The notes below the pieces were generated by a model. It had not been told where the DNA came from. It ran no database searches and worked only from the letters and a program-made list of their open reading frames with translations. This document shows positions 35,722-46,113 of a DNA stretch of 64,000 nt, piece after piece. Position numbers and translations under genes: made by a program. The first letter of the stretch is position 1. Every line of letters begins with the position of its first letter. Origin of the DNA: a virus (lineage: Duplodnaviria; Caudoviricetes). Location of the stretch: the IMG/VR virus record IMGVR_UViG_3300044448_008243, positions 1 through 64,000 of that record; one strand, 5' to 3'.

Positions 35722-36394
35722 CACTGTTTTATTCGATTTTGTAAACACCATAGCTTTTTTGACACCCCGAAAAGAGGATATACTTACAAAATATTGTAAA
35801 GAAAATAATTTAGAAGTAATATCTAGGCTGGATATATTAAGGTGTTATGCTGAATTAGATGGAGAGATGCCTTATAGTTCTGTAACTATAAAAAAAGATA
35901 GTGAAAAAAGAAAATTCTACAATGAGTATAATAGGAAATTATTTAAAAAGCTTGGCATCCAAGGGCACAAAAAATTCTATGATTTTTATCACTCCATAGA
36001 GAAAGAATGGACTCTAGATAGTAATGTGTATGAAGTGTTTAAATTTCTTAAAGAGAAAGAAGTAAGAATTGGAATTCTTTCTAATTTTGATGATAATTTA
36101 GAAAATATATTGTTAAAACTAAACATTTTGAACATGCTTGATTTTGTAGTGGTATCTGCAAAGGTTGGCTTAGAAAAACCAAACGTAGAATTTTACAATT
36201 ATGCAAAAGCCAGATACAATATTGATACAAATAGTTCGATATACATAGGGGATAGTTATGAATTAGACTATGCTCCGTCAACAGAGTCAGGCTTTGTAAG
36301 TTTTTTAATTGACAGAGATGATGTTGTTGAAAAAAATATTAGAAAAATAAAAAATTTAAATGATCTAAAAAGAGAGGTTGATAATGCTGCATAA
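35714..36394 (+). CDS. HAD-superfamily hydrolase
   Basis: LFDFVNT, ILSNFD, GLEKP, IGDSYELD. Confidence 0.85.
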   Translation: MIDTVLFDFVNTIAFLTPRKEDILTKYCKENNLEVISRLDILRCYAELDGEMPYSSVTIKKDSEKRKFYNEYNRKLFKKLGIQGHKKFYDFYHSIEKEWTLDSNVYEVFKFLKEKEVRIGILSNFDDNLENILLKLNILNMLDFVVVSAKVGLEKPNVEFYNYAKARYNIDTNSSIYIGDSYELDYAPSTESGFVSFLIDRDDVVEKNIRKIKNLNDLKREVDNAA

Positions 36395-37004
36395 CCCATA
36401 TAAGGTAGTACAAATGTTTGAGGAAGAAGTTGCACATTATACGGGAGCACCCTATGCTGTATCTGTTAATAGTTGCACCAATGCTTTGTTTCTGGCTTGC
36501 AAATGGCATCAGGTGGAAGGGAGAGAAGTGATAATTCCTAAGCGAACCTACCTTTCTCCACCGCAATCCATCTTACAGGCGGGGGGTAAATTAATTTTCC
36601 AAGATATAGATTGGGAAGGCATTTACCAGCTTAAACCATTCCCAATCTATGATGCAGCAAAACGCCTGACATCTAACATGTATATTCCCGGCTCTATGAT
36701 GTGCCTATCCTTTCATATCAAAAAACATTTAAAGATTGGAAAGGGTGGAATGATTTTACTTGATGATCCAGAAGCAGTAAAATGGTTAAAAGCTCGCAGG
36801 TATGAAGGCAGAACAGACGGAATGAAGTATCACGAAGATATGATCGATGAAGAAGGATGGAACATGTATATGACCCCGGAGCAGGCGGCTAGAGGACTCA
36901 CTCTCATGCAGAACTACCCACAAAATATGCCTGACATTCCAGAAAGCCCTCCCTATAGAGATCTGACAGAATTTGAGTTGTTTCGAAATACAGAGGTGAG
37001 ATAA
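36384..37004 (+). CDS. Short DegT/DnrJ/EryC1/StrS-family aminotransferase
   Basis: AVSVNSCTNAL, IYDAA, CLSFHIKKHLKIGKGG. Confidence 0.85.
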   Translation: MLHNPYKVVQMFEEEVAHYTGAPYAVSVNSCTNALFLACKWHQVEGREVIIPKRTYLSPPQSILQAGGKLIFQDIDWEGIYQLKPFPIYDAAKRLTSNMYIPGSMMCLSFHIKKHLKIGKGGMILLDDPEAVKWLKARRYEGRTDGMKYHEDMIDEEGWNMYMTPEQAARGLTLMQNYPQNMPDIPESPPYRDLTEFELFRNTEVR

Positions 37005-37862
37005 ATGGATTATTTAGAAGAATGGGACTTAGAGGAATGGAAAAAAGAACAAACTAGAAAATATGTTACAGACAAGGGGGATTATTACGAAATGATAATT
37101 AATGACCCTCCACTAGCAGACCCGATAAAGATGTCTAAAAAAATTAAAGACTATTGGGGCTCTACAAGAGGGCTATACTTCTACGAAATTCATTCTATGA
37201 TTGCAAATCTTAGCAAAATGGTAACTGAAACAGAAAAAAGAAAGGATTTTAATGGAGAAATATTGTTTTTAGATATAGGGGCGAATACAGGAAATTACTG
37301 TTTTCTAACTTATTACAAACCCAACATTAAATGTATCGCTTTTGAGCCGGGAGAAACAGTATATGAAATCTTGCAAGAAAATATAAAAATTAATAATTTA
37401 GAAAATAAAATAAAAGCTTACAATGTTGCCCTATGGAGCAAAACAGATTCCAAAAAATTAAAAATCGCTAAAGAGGGAAAAGATTCTGGATTATCTACAT
37501 TGGCACCTAATCCCAAAAGATTTAATAGCGAAGGATTTTATGAGCAAGAAGTCAAATGTTGGTCTTTGGATGATTTCTTAGCAGCCAATGAGGGTATTTT
37601 AGGCAACAATGTTATATCTGGGTGCAAAATAGATACAGAGGGAGCAGAGTTGGACATTCTAAAGGGATCGCAAGAGACTTTAAAAAAATACAAACCATTT
37701 TTAATAATAGAATATGATCAAAAAAATACTGAGCAGTTTGGATATGATAAAGCAGACATTGTAAGATTTTTGGTATCCATAGGATATACAGATTTTTCTT
37801 TATCAGGATTTGATGGGAAAATAGATGGAGAACTGATGGCTTGGTTTACAGAGGAAGAATGA
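37005..37862 (+). CDS. FkbM-family methyltransferase
   Basis: LDIGANTG, IAFEP, KIDTEGAELDILKG. Confidence 0.9.
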   Translation: MDYLEEWDLEEWKKEQTRKYVTDKGDYYEMIINDPPLADPIKMSKKIKDYWGSTRGLYFYEIHSMIANLSKMVTETEKRKDFNGEILFLDIGANTGNYCFLTYYKPNIKCIAFEPGETVYEILQENIKINNLENKIKAYNVALWSKTDSKKLKIAKEGKDSGLSTLAPNPKRFNSEGFYEQEVKCWSLDDFLAANEGILGNNVISGCKIDTEGAELDILKGSQETLKKYKPFLIIEYDQKNTEQFGYDKADIVRFLVSIGYTDFSLSGFDGKIDGELMAWFTEEE

Positions 37863-38740
37863 TAACTTTTTACGAATTAGGACAGTTGGGGAGATTGGGC
37901 AATCAACTATTTCAGTATGCTGCGCTAAAATCTCTAGGCTTGGAGAAGGGTTATGAGGTGATGATACCGAATCCTTCTACTAGAACTTGGCATGGTCAAG
38001 AATGTCTTTTAAATAACTTTAATATCAAATCATCTTATTTTAATCAAGGAGATTTAAACTTAATTAAGTACTCATATAGAGAACCTTCTCCTGAGCAGTT
38101 TGATAATAACTTCTTTAATATACCCGATAACACCAATATAACAGGCTTTTTCCAAAGCACAAAATATTTTAAAAATCATAAAGATAAATTAATATCAGAG
38201 CTAACACCAAAAAAGCTTTTAGTGGACCAAGCCAAAGAAAAAATTGAAAAAATAAAAGAGGATAACAAAGGCTATGAAATAGTGTCTCTTCATATGAGAC
38301 GTGGAGATAATACAGACAATACTGATCCTAATCAAGTTGTTTATAATAATTCATATGGGGGAAAACAACTAACAAGTGATAGTTTTTATTATAAATATTT
38401 CCAAAACGCCACATCAGTATTTAAGAATAAAAAAGTAAAATTTCTTGTTTTTACTGGGGGCAAGCGTTGGCAAAGTAGCAATGTAGAAGATGTTCAATGG
38501 TGTAAGGATAATTTTAAAGGAGGAGATTTTCTTTTTTCTGAAAATAATTCACCCATTGAAGATTTTTGCTTGATTTCTTCGTGTGATCATCATATACTAT
38601 CACATATAAGTAGTTTTGGATGGTGGGCTGCATATATTGATCAAAAAGACAATTTAACAGTAGCACCGCTTAAATATGACCCGGAAACAAGTTATAATCA
38701 TCGTGACGGTTTTTACCCAAAAGAGTGGACATTGGTATGA
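37859..38740 (+). CDS. GT11 alpha-1,2-fucosyltransferase-like protein
   Basis: GRLGNQLFQYA, HMRRGD, SSFGWWAAY. Confidence 0.9.
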   Translation: MITFYELGQLGRLGNQLFQYAALKSLGLEKGYEVMIPNPSTRTWHGQECLLNNFNIKSSYFNQGDLNLIKYSYREPSPEQFDNNFFNIPDNTNITGFFQSTKYFKNHKDKLISELTPKKLLVDQAKEKIEKIKEDNKGYEIVSLHMRRGDNTDNTDPNQVVYNNSYGGKQLTSDSFYYKYFQNATSVFKNKKVKFLVFTGGKRWQSSNVEDVQWCKDNFKGGDFLFSENNSPIEDFCLISSCDHHILSHISSFGWWAAYIDQKDNLTVAPLKYDPETSYNHRDGFYPKEWTLV

Positions 38741-39732
38741 AATTAATTAAAAGCTTATCTCAAAACTATCCAGATTGTATAGTGACTCATTTTGATTATG
38801 AAAAGCATGTTTCCAACTATAGCGAAGATAAAGAAGTGTGTCTTTCAATTGGTTACGACTGTTTGTGGAACGAAAAAGTTCATAAATATATTGAGACATT
38901 TAAAAGAAAGATGTTTTTTAATGGAGAGCATCCGTGCTCTTACACACAAGATTTGAAGTATGGAACAAGAACATCTGGTCTGGCTGATATATTTACAGAT
39001 ATTTATACAATTTGTCCCTACACGGCGCAATGGCTAAACGATAAATACAATGAAGGTACAAATAGATTTAAGCTTAGTCTATTTCCAATAGATAAAGAAG
39101 CAGCACTAGCATACAACACAGATGAAAAAATATATGATTCTATTTTTTATGGTTCTATCTGTGGTAAAACACACGAAAATATTGTTAATGAGATAAGCAA
39201 ATTCAATTACAAATTCACAACAATAGGACACCAGCATTGGCATCCAAATGAGCCAGTTGACCTTCAAGGTCTTGCAGGCAAAGTAACGGATGTAAACTTG
39301 ACAACATTTCAAAAGTGGGATATTTTAAGTAAAACAAAGACTGTCCCCATTGTTAATCACATCTTTTTGCACGATAATCATATTAATAATATTAAAAAAT
39401 ACGACGGTTGGGAAGATAATAGGGCTTTTTCAAACATTGAGGATCGAATTGCTTGCCAGCTTAAACCTAGAATAACTGAAGCAGGGATGTTTAAGATGCT
39501 GATGTTAGTCAAGAAAGATCCATGGAATGCAATTGAATACTTCTACGAGCCAGAAAAAGAGTTTCTGTATTATGAAGAGGAAAAAGAATTGCCGGATATG
39601 ATTTCTGAAATAAGCAACAATTGGGAGAAATATAAACACATTGTGGAAAATGCCCATAGCAGAGCGATTAATAATTATACAACTGAGGCAGTCCTCAAAA
39701 CAATGATGGAAAATAAAGAGGTTAAAAGATGA
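38737..39732 (+). CDS. Hypothetical protein, probable GT-B-like glycan modifier
   Basis: KPRITEA..YFYEPEKEFLYY resembles YkvP/CgeB-like C-terminus; cluster context. Confidence 0.45.
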   Translation: MKLIKSLSQNYPDCIVTHFDYEKHVSNYSEDKEVCLSIGYDCLWNEKVHKYIETFKRKMFFNGEHPCSYTQDLKYGTRTSGLADIFTDIYTICPYTAQWLNDKYNEGTNRFKLSLFPIDKEAALAYNTDEKIYDSIFYGSICGKTHENIVNEISKFNYKFTTIGHQHWHPNEPVDLQGLAGKVTDVNLTTFQKWDILSKTKTVPIVNHIFLHDNHINNIKKYDGWEDNRAFSNIEDRIACQLKPRITEAGMFKMLMLVKKDPWNAIEYFYEPEKEFLYYEEEKELPDMISEISNNWEKYKHIVENAHSRAINNYTTEAVLKTMMENKEVKR

Positions 39733-40661
39733 GTTTTTGGAAAGGCAAAAAAGTTTTAGTTACAGGCGCTCATGGTTTTGTTGGCAACAATTTGATGAAA
39801 TTGTTGAAAGAAAAAGATTGTAAAATTTTAGCACCAACAAGTAAACAATTGGATTTGACAAAAGAGGAGCAAGTCAAAAATTACTTCTTCTCACACAAGC
39901 CAGATATTGTTTTGCACCTTGCTGGCAAGGTCGGAGGCATCGCTGCCAATAAAGCCGCTCCCGGAGAATTCTTTTATAAAAACATTACTATGGGCACTCT
40001 TGTTATGGAATATGCCAGATTAGCCGGATGTGACAAAGTTGTGGCACTAGCTGCTGGTTGTGGTTATCCAAAGCACCTCCCGGTTCCCTATACAGAGGAA
40101 GATTTTTGGAAAGATCTCCCCGATGAAAATTCTATTGGTTATTCAATGGCAAAGAAAAATCTTATCATTCAGTCTTGGACCTATAGAGAGCAGTATGGGT
40201 TTAATTCTGTGGTACTATTACCAGCCAATTTGTATGGACCATACGATAACTTTGATTTAGAAACATCGCATGTTGTTCCTGCTTTAATTAGGAAGTTTCT
40301 AGAGGCTAAGGAAAGGGGCGATAAACAGGTGGAGGTCTGGGGTACCGGCGTTGCATCTAGAGAATTTCTATATTCTATAGACACAGCTCAGGCTATAATA
40401 GATATGGCTGAAAAGGTAAACGAAAGTGGACCTTTTAATCTTGGAACTGGAGTCGAAACAACAATTAGGGAGTTGGTGGAAACAATTAAAGATTTAACTG
40501 GCTTTGGGGGGAAAATTGTTTGGGACACCTCTAGACCAGATGGTCAGCCAAGAAGGTTTTATGATATGGCTAAATTCAAAAACGCTTTGGGATATGTCCC
40601 TTCGACCTCATTAAGGGACGGTCTTGTAGATACGATTGATTGGTACGGAGAAAATAGATAA
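39729..40661 (+). CDS. fcl: GDP-L-fucose synthase family epimerase/reductase
   Basis: GAHGFVG, AGKVGGI, YSMAK, PANLYGPYDNF, SHVVPALIRK, WGTGVASREF, KPDG-like RPDGQPR. Confidence 0.88.
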   Translation: MSFWKGKKVLVTGAHGFVGNNLMKLLKEKDCKILAPTSKQLDLTKEEQVKNYFFSHKPDIVLHLAGKVGGIAANKAAPGEFFYKNITMGTLVMEYARLAGCDKVVALAAGCGYPKHLPVPYTEEDFWKDLPDENSIGYSMAKKNLIIQSWTYREQYGFNSVVLLPANLYGPYDNFDLETSHVVPALIRKFLEAKERGDKQVEVWGTGVASREFLYSIDTAQAIIDMAEKVNESGPFNLGTGVETTIRELVETIKDLTGFGGKIVWDTSRPDGQPRRFYDMAKFKNALGYVPSTSLRDGLVDTIDWYGENR

Positions 40662-41629
40662 TGTCCTTCACTATATTAATTCAGGGTCCTTTGAATGAAA
40701 TATCATTAAAAAATATAAATAATTATTTAAAATTTGGCAAAGTTGTTATATCTCACTGGTACGAAGACGATACTTCTTTGTTAGAGTTGATAGACCCATC
40801 ACACCTTGACTCTAAAAGCGTTGCTGTTTGTGGTCAGTACATGCCATCAATGGAAGAGTGGGAGCCAACTTGGTACGGGGACGCTTTAAGTCGATCAACA
40901 TTTCCTTGGGCAGTAAAGTCAACATACTACGGACTGCAAAATGTTGACACAGAATTTGTAATCAAAGTCAGAAGCGATGAAATGTTTGAAGATTTAAATC
41001 CAATTATAGATTTATTTTTAGAAAGCAAAAAAATGGTTTTTGGAAATATATATGCATACAAATTTAATAGTGATCCTTACAAGCTTGGAGATCATATTTT
41101 TGTTGACTATACGGATAAGCTTGTAAAGGCTTATGAAAAAATAATCGAATCAGACGAGTTCAGATATCCAACGTATTGCGCGGAACATATTCTGATGATA
41201 AACTATATGAGAGCAAACTATGGTCATATGTCTGGAGATATATTTGAACATAGAGGGGGCTATCCTTTTTATGAAAAAGGTGACTTGAATTTTTCATATC
41301 TCTCCGAAGCCTCCCCGATACCCACCGCCAAAGATACAACTTATAGCTATGAGAGAAACGTTGGGAGTGTGATAACAACTGTGACAAGTGATGAACTTTA
41401 TTCTCGCCAAGGTCCAAAAAGCTTCCCGGCCGGTAAGCCTGTCCATCAGAGAAGTGGAGAAGAGATGGAATCTCAACTTTATTTTTGTAAAATGGCATTT
41501 GAATGCATTGACCTTAATTTGCTTAAAGACTTTATTTTATGTCCTAGAGAAAATAATTTTAGCTCAAAAGAAAAAGGCTACTGGGATTCTCCCGGAGTGG
41601 TTAAAAATACAAAGGAGTTCTTTTCATGA
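40661..41629 (+). CDS. WavE-like lipopolysaccharide synthesis protein
   Basis: ILIQGP, VVISHW, IKVRSDE. Confidence 0.55.
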   Translation: MSFTILIQGPLNEISLKNINNYLKFGKVVISHWYEDDTSLLELIDPSHLDSKSVAVCGQYMPSMEEWEPTWYGDALSRSTFPWAVKSTYYGLQNVDTEFVIKVRSDEMFEDLNPIIDLFLESKKMVFGNIYAYKFNSDPYKLGDHIFVDYTDKLVKAYEKIIESDEFRYPTYCAEHILMINYMRANYGHMSGDIFEHRGGYPFYEKGDLNFSYLSEASPIPTAKDTTYSYERNVGSVITTVTSDELYSRQGPKSFPAGKPVHQRSGEEMESQLYFCKMAFECIDLNLLKDFILCPRENNFSSKEKGYWDSPGVVKNTKEFFS

Positions 41630-42168
41630 TAGATATGTTAGTTTTAGATGTAGATGGTGTTCTCACCGATGGCACAAAAGTATATGACTCAGACCATAAC
41701 GTGCTCAGTAAAAAGTTTTTTTGTAAAGACTTTACCGCAATAAAAAGGTTTATCGCCGCTGGCGTAAAGGTGATTATGATATCTGGCGATAATTTTAATT
41801 CAACCATGGCTAATAAACGAAATATAGATTTTTATTGTTCAAGGGGCACCGATCTTAGTTTGGATAAGTCTAGGTTTTTAGATATGTTTGAAGAAAAATA
41901 TGGTGTAAAAAAAGAAAAGATGGCATTTGTTGGAGATGACTATTTTGATCTATCCATGTTCAAAGCCCTTGATGTAACTTTCTGCCCATCAGATGCTCCA
42001 AATACTATTAAACAAAACGCATCTTATGTGCTAGACTCTAGAGGTGGAACAGGGGTTCTTGTAGAGCTTTATGACTTCTTTTCAAAAATGTCTTGGATCA
42101 CTGACGCAGACGAAGAAGCAGTAGCAAATTTAGATAAACTAGAAGCCACCAGCGGAGAAATGAAATAG
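41626..42168 (+). CDS. KdsC-like HAD phosphatase
   Basis: LDVDGVLTDG, AFVGDDYFD, RGGTG. Confidence 0.85.
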   Translation: MIDMLVLDVDGVLTDGTKVYDSDHNVLSKKFFCKDFTAIKRFIAAGVKVIMISGDNFNSTMANKRNIDFYCSRGTDLSLDKSRFLDMFEEKYGVKKEKMAFVGDDYFDLSMFKALDVTFCPSDAPNTIKQNASYVLDSRGGTGVLVELYDFFSKMSWITDADEEAVANLDKLEATSGEMK

Positions 42169-42855
42169 ATGCAGACTTATGACTTGGCGCTCTATGGTCA
42201 TATTACGATTGATCAAATGATAAACGAAAAGTTTGAGAAAAGTTATAGTCTTGGAGCGATGGCTAATGTTTGGAGTGCGCTAAAAGAAGTGGATTCGAAC
42301 CTGTCCGTGGATCTTAATCCTACTGCAATCGGTGAAGCAATTATTTTAATTAATGAAAAGCAAGGTGTCCGTTTAGGTAGGGGAAATTTAAATTTGAGAA
42401 CCTGCGAAAACATAAGCCTCTCTAACGCTGGGTGGCACCATGTTATGTATATAAATAAGTTGAAAAATACAGATTTTGTCAAAGATATTAACGGAACAGT
42501 ATCAGCAGATATAACTTCGGGACCCATAAAAGATTTAGAAATATTAAAATATATTGATTATCTTTTTATATCAGATGAAGATTTATCAGTTAGTTTGGAA
42601 GATTTGGTTAAAAATGTCAAAGGGTTTGTCGTTCTACATTACCCAGCCGGAAGTATAATTGCGAACGGCGAAAAAGAAATTAAAAGCAGCACAAAAGTTA
42701 TAGAAAATTTAAATGTTCTTGGGGCAGGAGATACTTTTGCAGCTTGTTTTATTGACCACAAGATACAAAACCCGTCTGCCACACTCGAAGAAAATGCAAA
42801 ATATGCCCATCTTATGACAGAGAAAATATTAGTTAGTAGGAGAGATAATGAGTAA
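42169..42855 (+). CDS. PfkB-family carbohydrate kinase
   Basis: NVLGAGDTFAA. Confidence 0.8.
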   Translation: MQTYDLALYGHITIDQMINEKFEKSYSLGAMANVWSALKEVDSNLSVDLNPTAIGEAIILINEKQGVRLGRGNLNLRTCENISLSNAGWHHVMYINKLKNTDFVKDINGTVSADITSGPIKDLEILKYIDYLFISDEDLSVSLEDLVKNVKGFVVLHYPAGSIIANGEKEIKSSTKVIENLNVLGAGDTFAACFIDHKIQNPSATLEENAKYAHLMTEKILVSRRDNE

Positions 42856-43579
42856 AGTAAATATACTTTTGCCTATCGCCGGTAGAGCACAAAGATTTGT
42901 TGATGATGGATACAATACGCCAAAGCCTTTGATATATGTTGATGAAAAACACATGATCGAAAGAGCTTTGGAGTCTGTTAATACTGAATCAGCACATTAT
43001 ATTTTTATTGTAAGAAAAGAACATATTGAACAATATGAAATCGATAAAAAATTGTCTGATATTTTTGGCAAAGACATCGATGTTGTTGTAGTTGATAAGG
43101 TAACTCAAGGTGCAGCCTGTTCCTGCTTGTTAGCAGAAGAGTTAATTGATAATGAAGATCCACTTGTAATTTTTACACCCGATTGTTTTTTTGAGCCTAA
43201 ATTTGATCCACATTCAGTCCCAGAAAAATATGATGGAATGGTAGGAGTCTTTAAATCCTCCAGTGATGCACATAGCTATGTGGCAACTGATGAAGAGGGG
43301 TATGTTACAAAAGCTGCTGAAAAAGAAGTTATAAGTGAAGATGCTGTTGGTGGTCTTTATTATTATAGAAAAGGAAGTGACTTTGTAAAGTATTCCAAAA
43401 TGATGATAGAAAGGGAATTAAAGATTAAGAACGAATATTACATTTGCCCCGTTTATAATCTATTGATAGAAGATGGAAAAAAGGTTGGCATTGATTGCCA
43501 AGACAGGCACGTTGTTTTAGGTACACCTAGAGATTTGAGGAGATATATTATGGAGGTTAGCAATGGCTCACAAAGCTGA
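42848..43579 (+). CDS. Sugar-phosphate nucleotidyltransferase
   Basis: LPIAGRAQRF..PKPL, TQGAA, NEYYI, LGTP. Confidence 0.85.
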   Translation: MSKVNILLPIAGRAQRFVDDGYNTPKPLIYVDEKHMIERALESVNTESAHYIFIVRKEHIEQYEIDKKLSDIFGKDIDVVVVDKVTQGAACSCLLAEELIDNEDPLVIFTPDCFFEPKFDPHSVPEKYDGMVGVFKSSSDAHSYVATDEEGYVTKAAEKEVISEDAVGGLYYYRKGSDFVKYSKMMIERELKIKNEYYICPVYNLLIEDGKKVGIDCQDRHVVLGTPRDLRRYIMEVSNGSQS

Positions 43580-44213
43580 TAAAGAATTAAAAAAGAGACT
43601 TTTAAAATTGTTGTATGATCATAACGAGGAGCATGTAGGAAGTTGCTTTACATGCATTGATATGATTGACGGCATATATAAAAAAATGGATAAAGATGAT
43701 GTCTTTATTTTATCAAATGGTCATGCTGCATATGCTCTATATGTTATTTTGGAAAAATATTATGATCATGTTGATGCTGATAATCTCGTTGAGAAGCATG
43801 GTGGGCACCCTAACTTAGATTTAGAAAATCACATAGATTGTTCGACTGGCAGTTTGGGGCTGGGAATCGCCGTAGCAGTGGGAAGAGCAGCGGCAAATCC
43901 AGATAAAAAAGTTTATGTTACCATAACCGATGGAGAGTGTGCTGAAGGAATTGTTTGGGAAAGCCTCAGATATATTAAAGTTGCAGGTCTTAAAAACATA
44001 GAGGTCCATGTCAATGCTAACGGCTGGGCTTGTTATGACCCAATTGATGTAGATTATTTGGAGCAAAGGTGTAAGGCATTTTTACCAGATATTGTTTTTC
44101 ATAGAACAGAAGTTGAGCAGTTCCCGTTCCTTGTTGGGCTCGATGCTCACTATATGAAATTAACTGAGGAAGATTATAAACTAGGATTGGAGATATTAGA
44201 AAATGAGTGTTAG
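43563..44213 (+). CDS. Transketolase-like N-terminal (ThDP-binding) subunit
   Basis: LSNGH, GGHP, STGSLG, DGECAEGIVWE. Confidence 0.9.
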   Translation: MAHKADKELKKRLLKLLYDHNEEHVGSCFTCIDMIDGIYKKMDKDDVFILSNGHAAYALYVILEKYYDHVDADNLVEKHGGHPNLDLENHIDCSTGSLGLGIAVAVGRAAANPDKKVYVTITDGECAEGIVWESLRYIKVAGLKNIEVHVNANGWACYDPIDVDYLEQRCKAFLPDIVFHRTEVEQFPFLVGLDAHYMKLTEEDYKLGLEILENEC

Positions 44214-44685
44214 AAAAACTTTTGTTTCTCTTTTGCATGAAGAGATGAGAAAAAATGAAGATATTGTTTTGATTGCGGGTGATTTGGGCTATAAGCATTT
44301 TGATGATTTGAGGGACGAATTCCCAGACAGATTTTTCAATCCGGGTGCTGCGGAACAACTTTTGGTTTCCATGGGAGTCGGTATGGCTCTTGAGGGAAAA
44401 ATTCCTATCTGTTATTCAATGACTCCCTTTTTAATTTATCGACCATTTGAGGTTATTAGAAATTACCTAGAGAGAGATCAGATACCTGTAAAATTGTGCG
44501 GTGCAGGAAGGGACAAGGATTATGACTGGCTAGGATGGTCTCATTGGGCTGTGGACGACAGAGCCCATATGAGTGGCTTTGAAAACATCGTTAAAATTTG
44601 GCCAGAAGATGCACAAGAAACACAAGCACTTTTTAATCAAATTATTTATGATAAAAAACCATACTATGTAAATTTGTCACGATAA
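44203..44685 (+). CDS. Transketolase-like pyrimidine-binding subunit (no C-terminal domain)
   Basis: GDLG, FFNPGAAEQ, YDWLGWSH; 160 aa. Confidence 0.85.
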   Translation: MSVRKTFVSLLHEEMRKNEDIVLIAGDLGYKHFDDLRDEFPDRFFNPGAAEQLLVSMGVGMALEGKIPICYSMTPFLIYRPFEVIRNYLERDQIPVKLCGAGRDKDYDWLGWSHWAVDDRAHMSGFENIVKIWPEDAQETQALFNQIIYDKKPYYVNLSR

Positions 44686-44686
44686 A

Positions 44687-45127
44687 ATGATAAAAATAGC
44701 ACACAGAGGCAACACAGAGGGTCCAAAGCCGTCATTAGAAAATAGCCCTTCCCACATAAATTCAGCTCTACAAAAAGGATACAATGTCGAAATAGATGTA
44801 TGGTATGTGGGCGGCTCTTTGTTTTTGGGGCACGACAAGCCAGACCACAAAGTTTCAATTGAATATTTGAAAAACGATAAATTCTGGTGTCACTGCAAAA
44901 ACATAGAAGCATTAAAAATATTACTCTCTAATGATATCAGGTGTTTTTTTCATGATAGCGACGAGGCTACACTAACTAGTGACAATTATATCTGGACTTA
45001 TTCTGGAAAAGAAATAACTTCAAAGTCAATTTGTGTAATGCCCGAAAAAGACAATTGGAAAATTCCTCAGATCGCCGCTGGCGTTTGTAGTGATTATGTT
45101 GATAACATAGGAGAGATCATAGGATGA
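44687..45127 (+). CDS. Small GDPD-like phosphodiesterase
   Basis: IAHRGN..EN..VEIDV..LGHD..WCHCK. Confidence 0.7.
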   Translation: MIKIAHRGNTEGPKPSLENSPSHINSALQKGYNVEIDVWYVGGSLFLGHDKPDHKVSIEYLKNDKFWCHCKNIEALKILLSNDIRCFFHDSDEATLTSDNYIWTYSGKEITSKSICVMPEKDNWKIPQIAAGVCSDYVDNIGEIIG

Positions 45128-46113
45128 GTTTTTGGAAAGATAAAAAAGTTATGGTTACAGGAGGAGCGGGTTTGATTGGATCCGCTCTTTCTGCTAATTT
45201 GGTTAAGTGTGGATCAAAGGTTACAATTGTTGATAATTTTGAGAGGGGCAAGTTTGATTACATAGTTGATATCATGGACGATTGCATTGTCAAAAACGCC
45301 GACTTAAGAGAAGCGAGATTTTGTGACCTGTATATAAAAGATTACGATATTGTTATTCATATGGCTTCCAAGGTCGGCGGCATTGGATATTACACTTCGC
45401 GTCCATATGAGGTTATGAGTGAGAATTTAAAAATGGATTCCAATGTTTTATCAGCATGTGTAAAAAATAATATCCCAATGTTTTTCTATGCCAGTAGCGC
45501 CCATGTGTACCCAAAAGAATTACAAGGAACACCAGACTCGCCGCTTATTAGAGAGGAACAAGCGGAACCTGCCAATCCAGAGTTATCTTATGGGTGGGCT
45601 AAACTAATCACAGAAAAGCAAATTGAAGCAGCGGTCCAGCAAAGTTCAAATTTTAAAGCAGCGATTGCAAGATATATTGGAATATACGGTAAAAACCAAG
45701 ACTTTGGTTTAGATACGGGCTCTGTAATTCCAGTATTTTGTAACCGAGCTATAAACCACCCGGATGTAGAATTTAATGTTTGGGGCAATGGAAAAGAAAC
45801 TCGTTCCTATTGTTTTATAGAAGATGCCATTGAGGGCACCAAAGCAATGATTGAGGCAATGGATTCCAAAAACATGGTCGGACCATATAATCTTGGCAAA
45901 CAAGAAAGGGTCTCAATCGGAGAAATAGCAGAAAAAGTTATTGCAATTTCTGATAAAAACATTATAATAAACTTTGACACATCTAAAGAAACTCTTATTT
46001 GGGGTCAATGGTGTGATTGTAGTAAAATCAAAAATGACTTAGGCTGGGAAGCTACAACCAGCTTAGAAGATGGACTAAAGGTGGTGTACGAAGATGTCAA
46101 ATCAAGAATCTAG
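45124..46113 (+). CDS. NAD-dependent epimerase (GDP-mannose 3,5-epimerase-like)
   Basis: GGAGLIG, ASKVGGIG, YGWAK, WGNGKETRS. Confidence 0.85.
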   Translation: MSFWKDKKVMVTGGAGLIGSALSANLVKCGSKVTIVDNFERGKFDYIVDIMDDCIVKNADLREARFCDLYIKDYDIVIHMASKVGGIGYYTSRPYEVMSENLKMDSNVLSACVKNNIPMFFYASSAHVYPKELQGTPDSPLIREEQAEPANPELSYGWAKLITEKQIEAAVQQSSNFKAAIARYIGIYGKNQDFGLDTGSVIPVFCNRAINHPDVEFNVWGNGKETRSYCFIEDAIEGTKAMIEAMDSKNMVGPYNLGKQERVSIGEIAEKVIAISDKNIIINFDTSKETLIWGQWCDCSKIKNDLGWEATTSLEDGLKVVYEDVKSRI

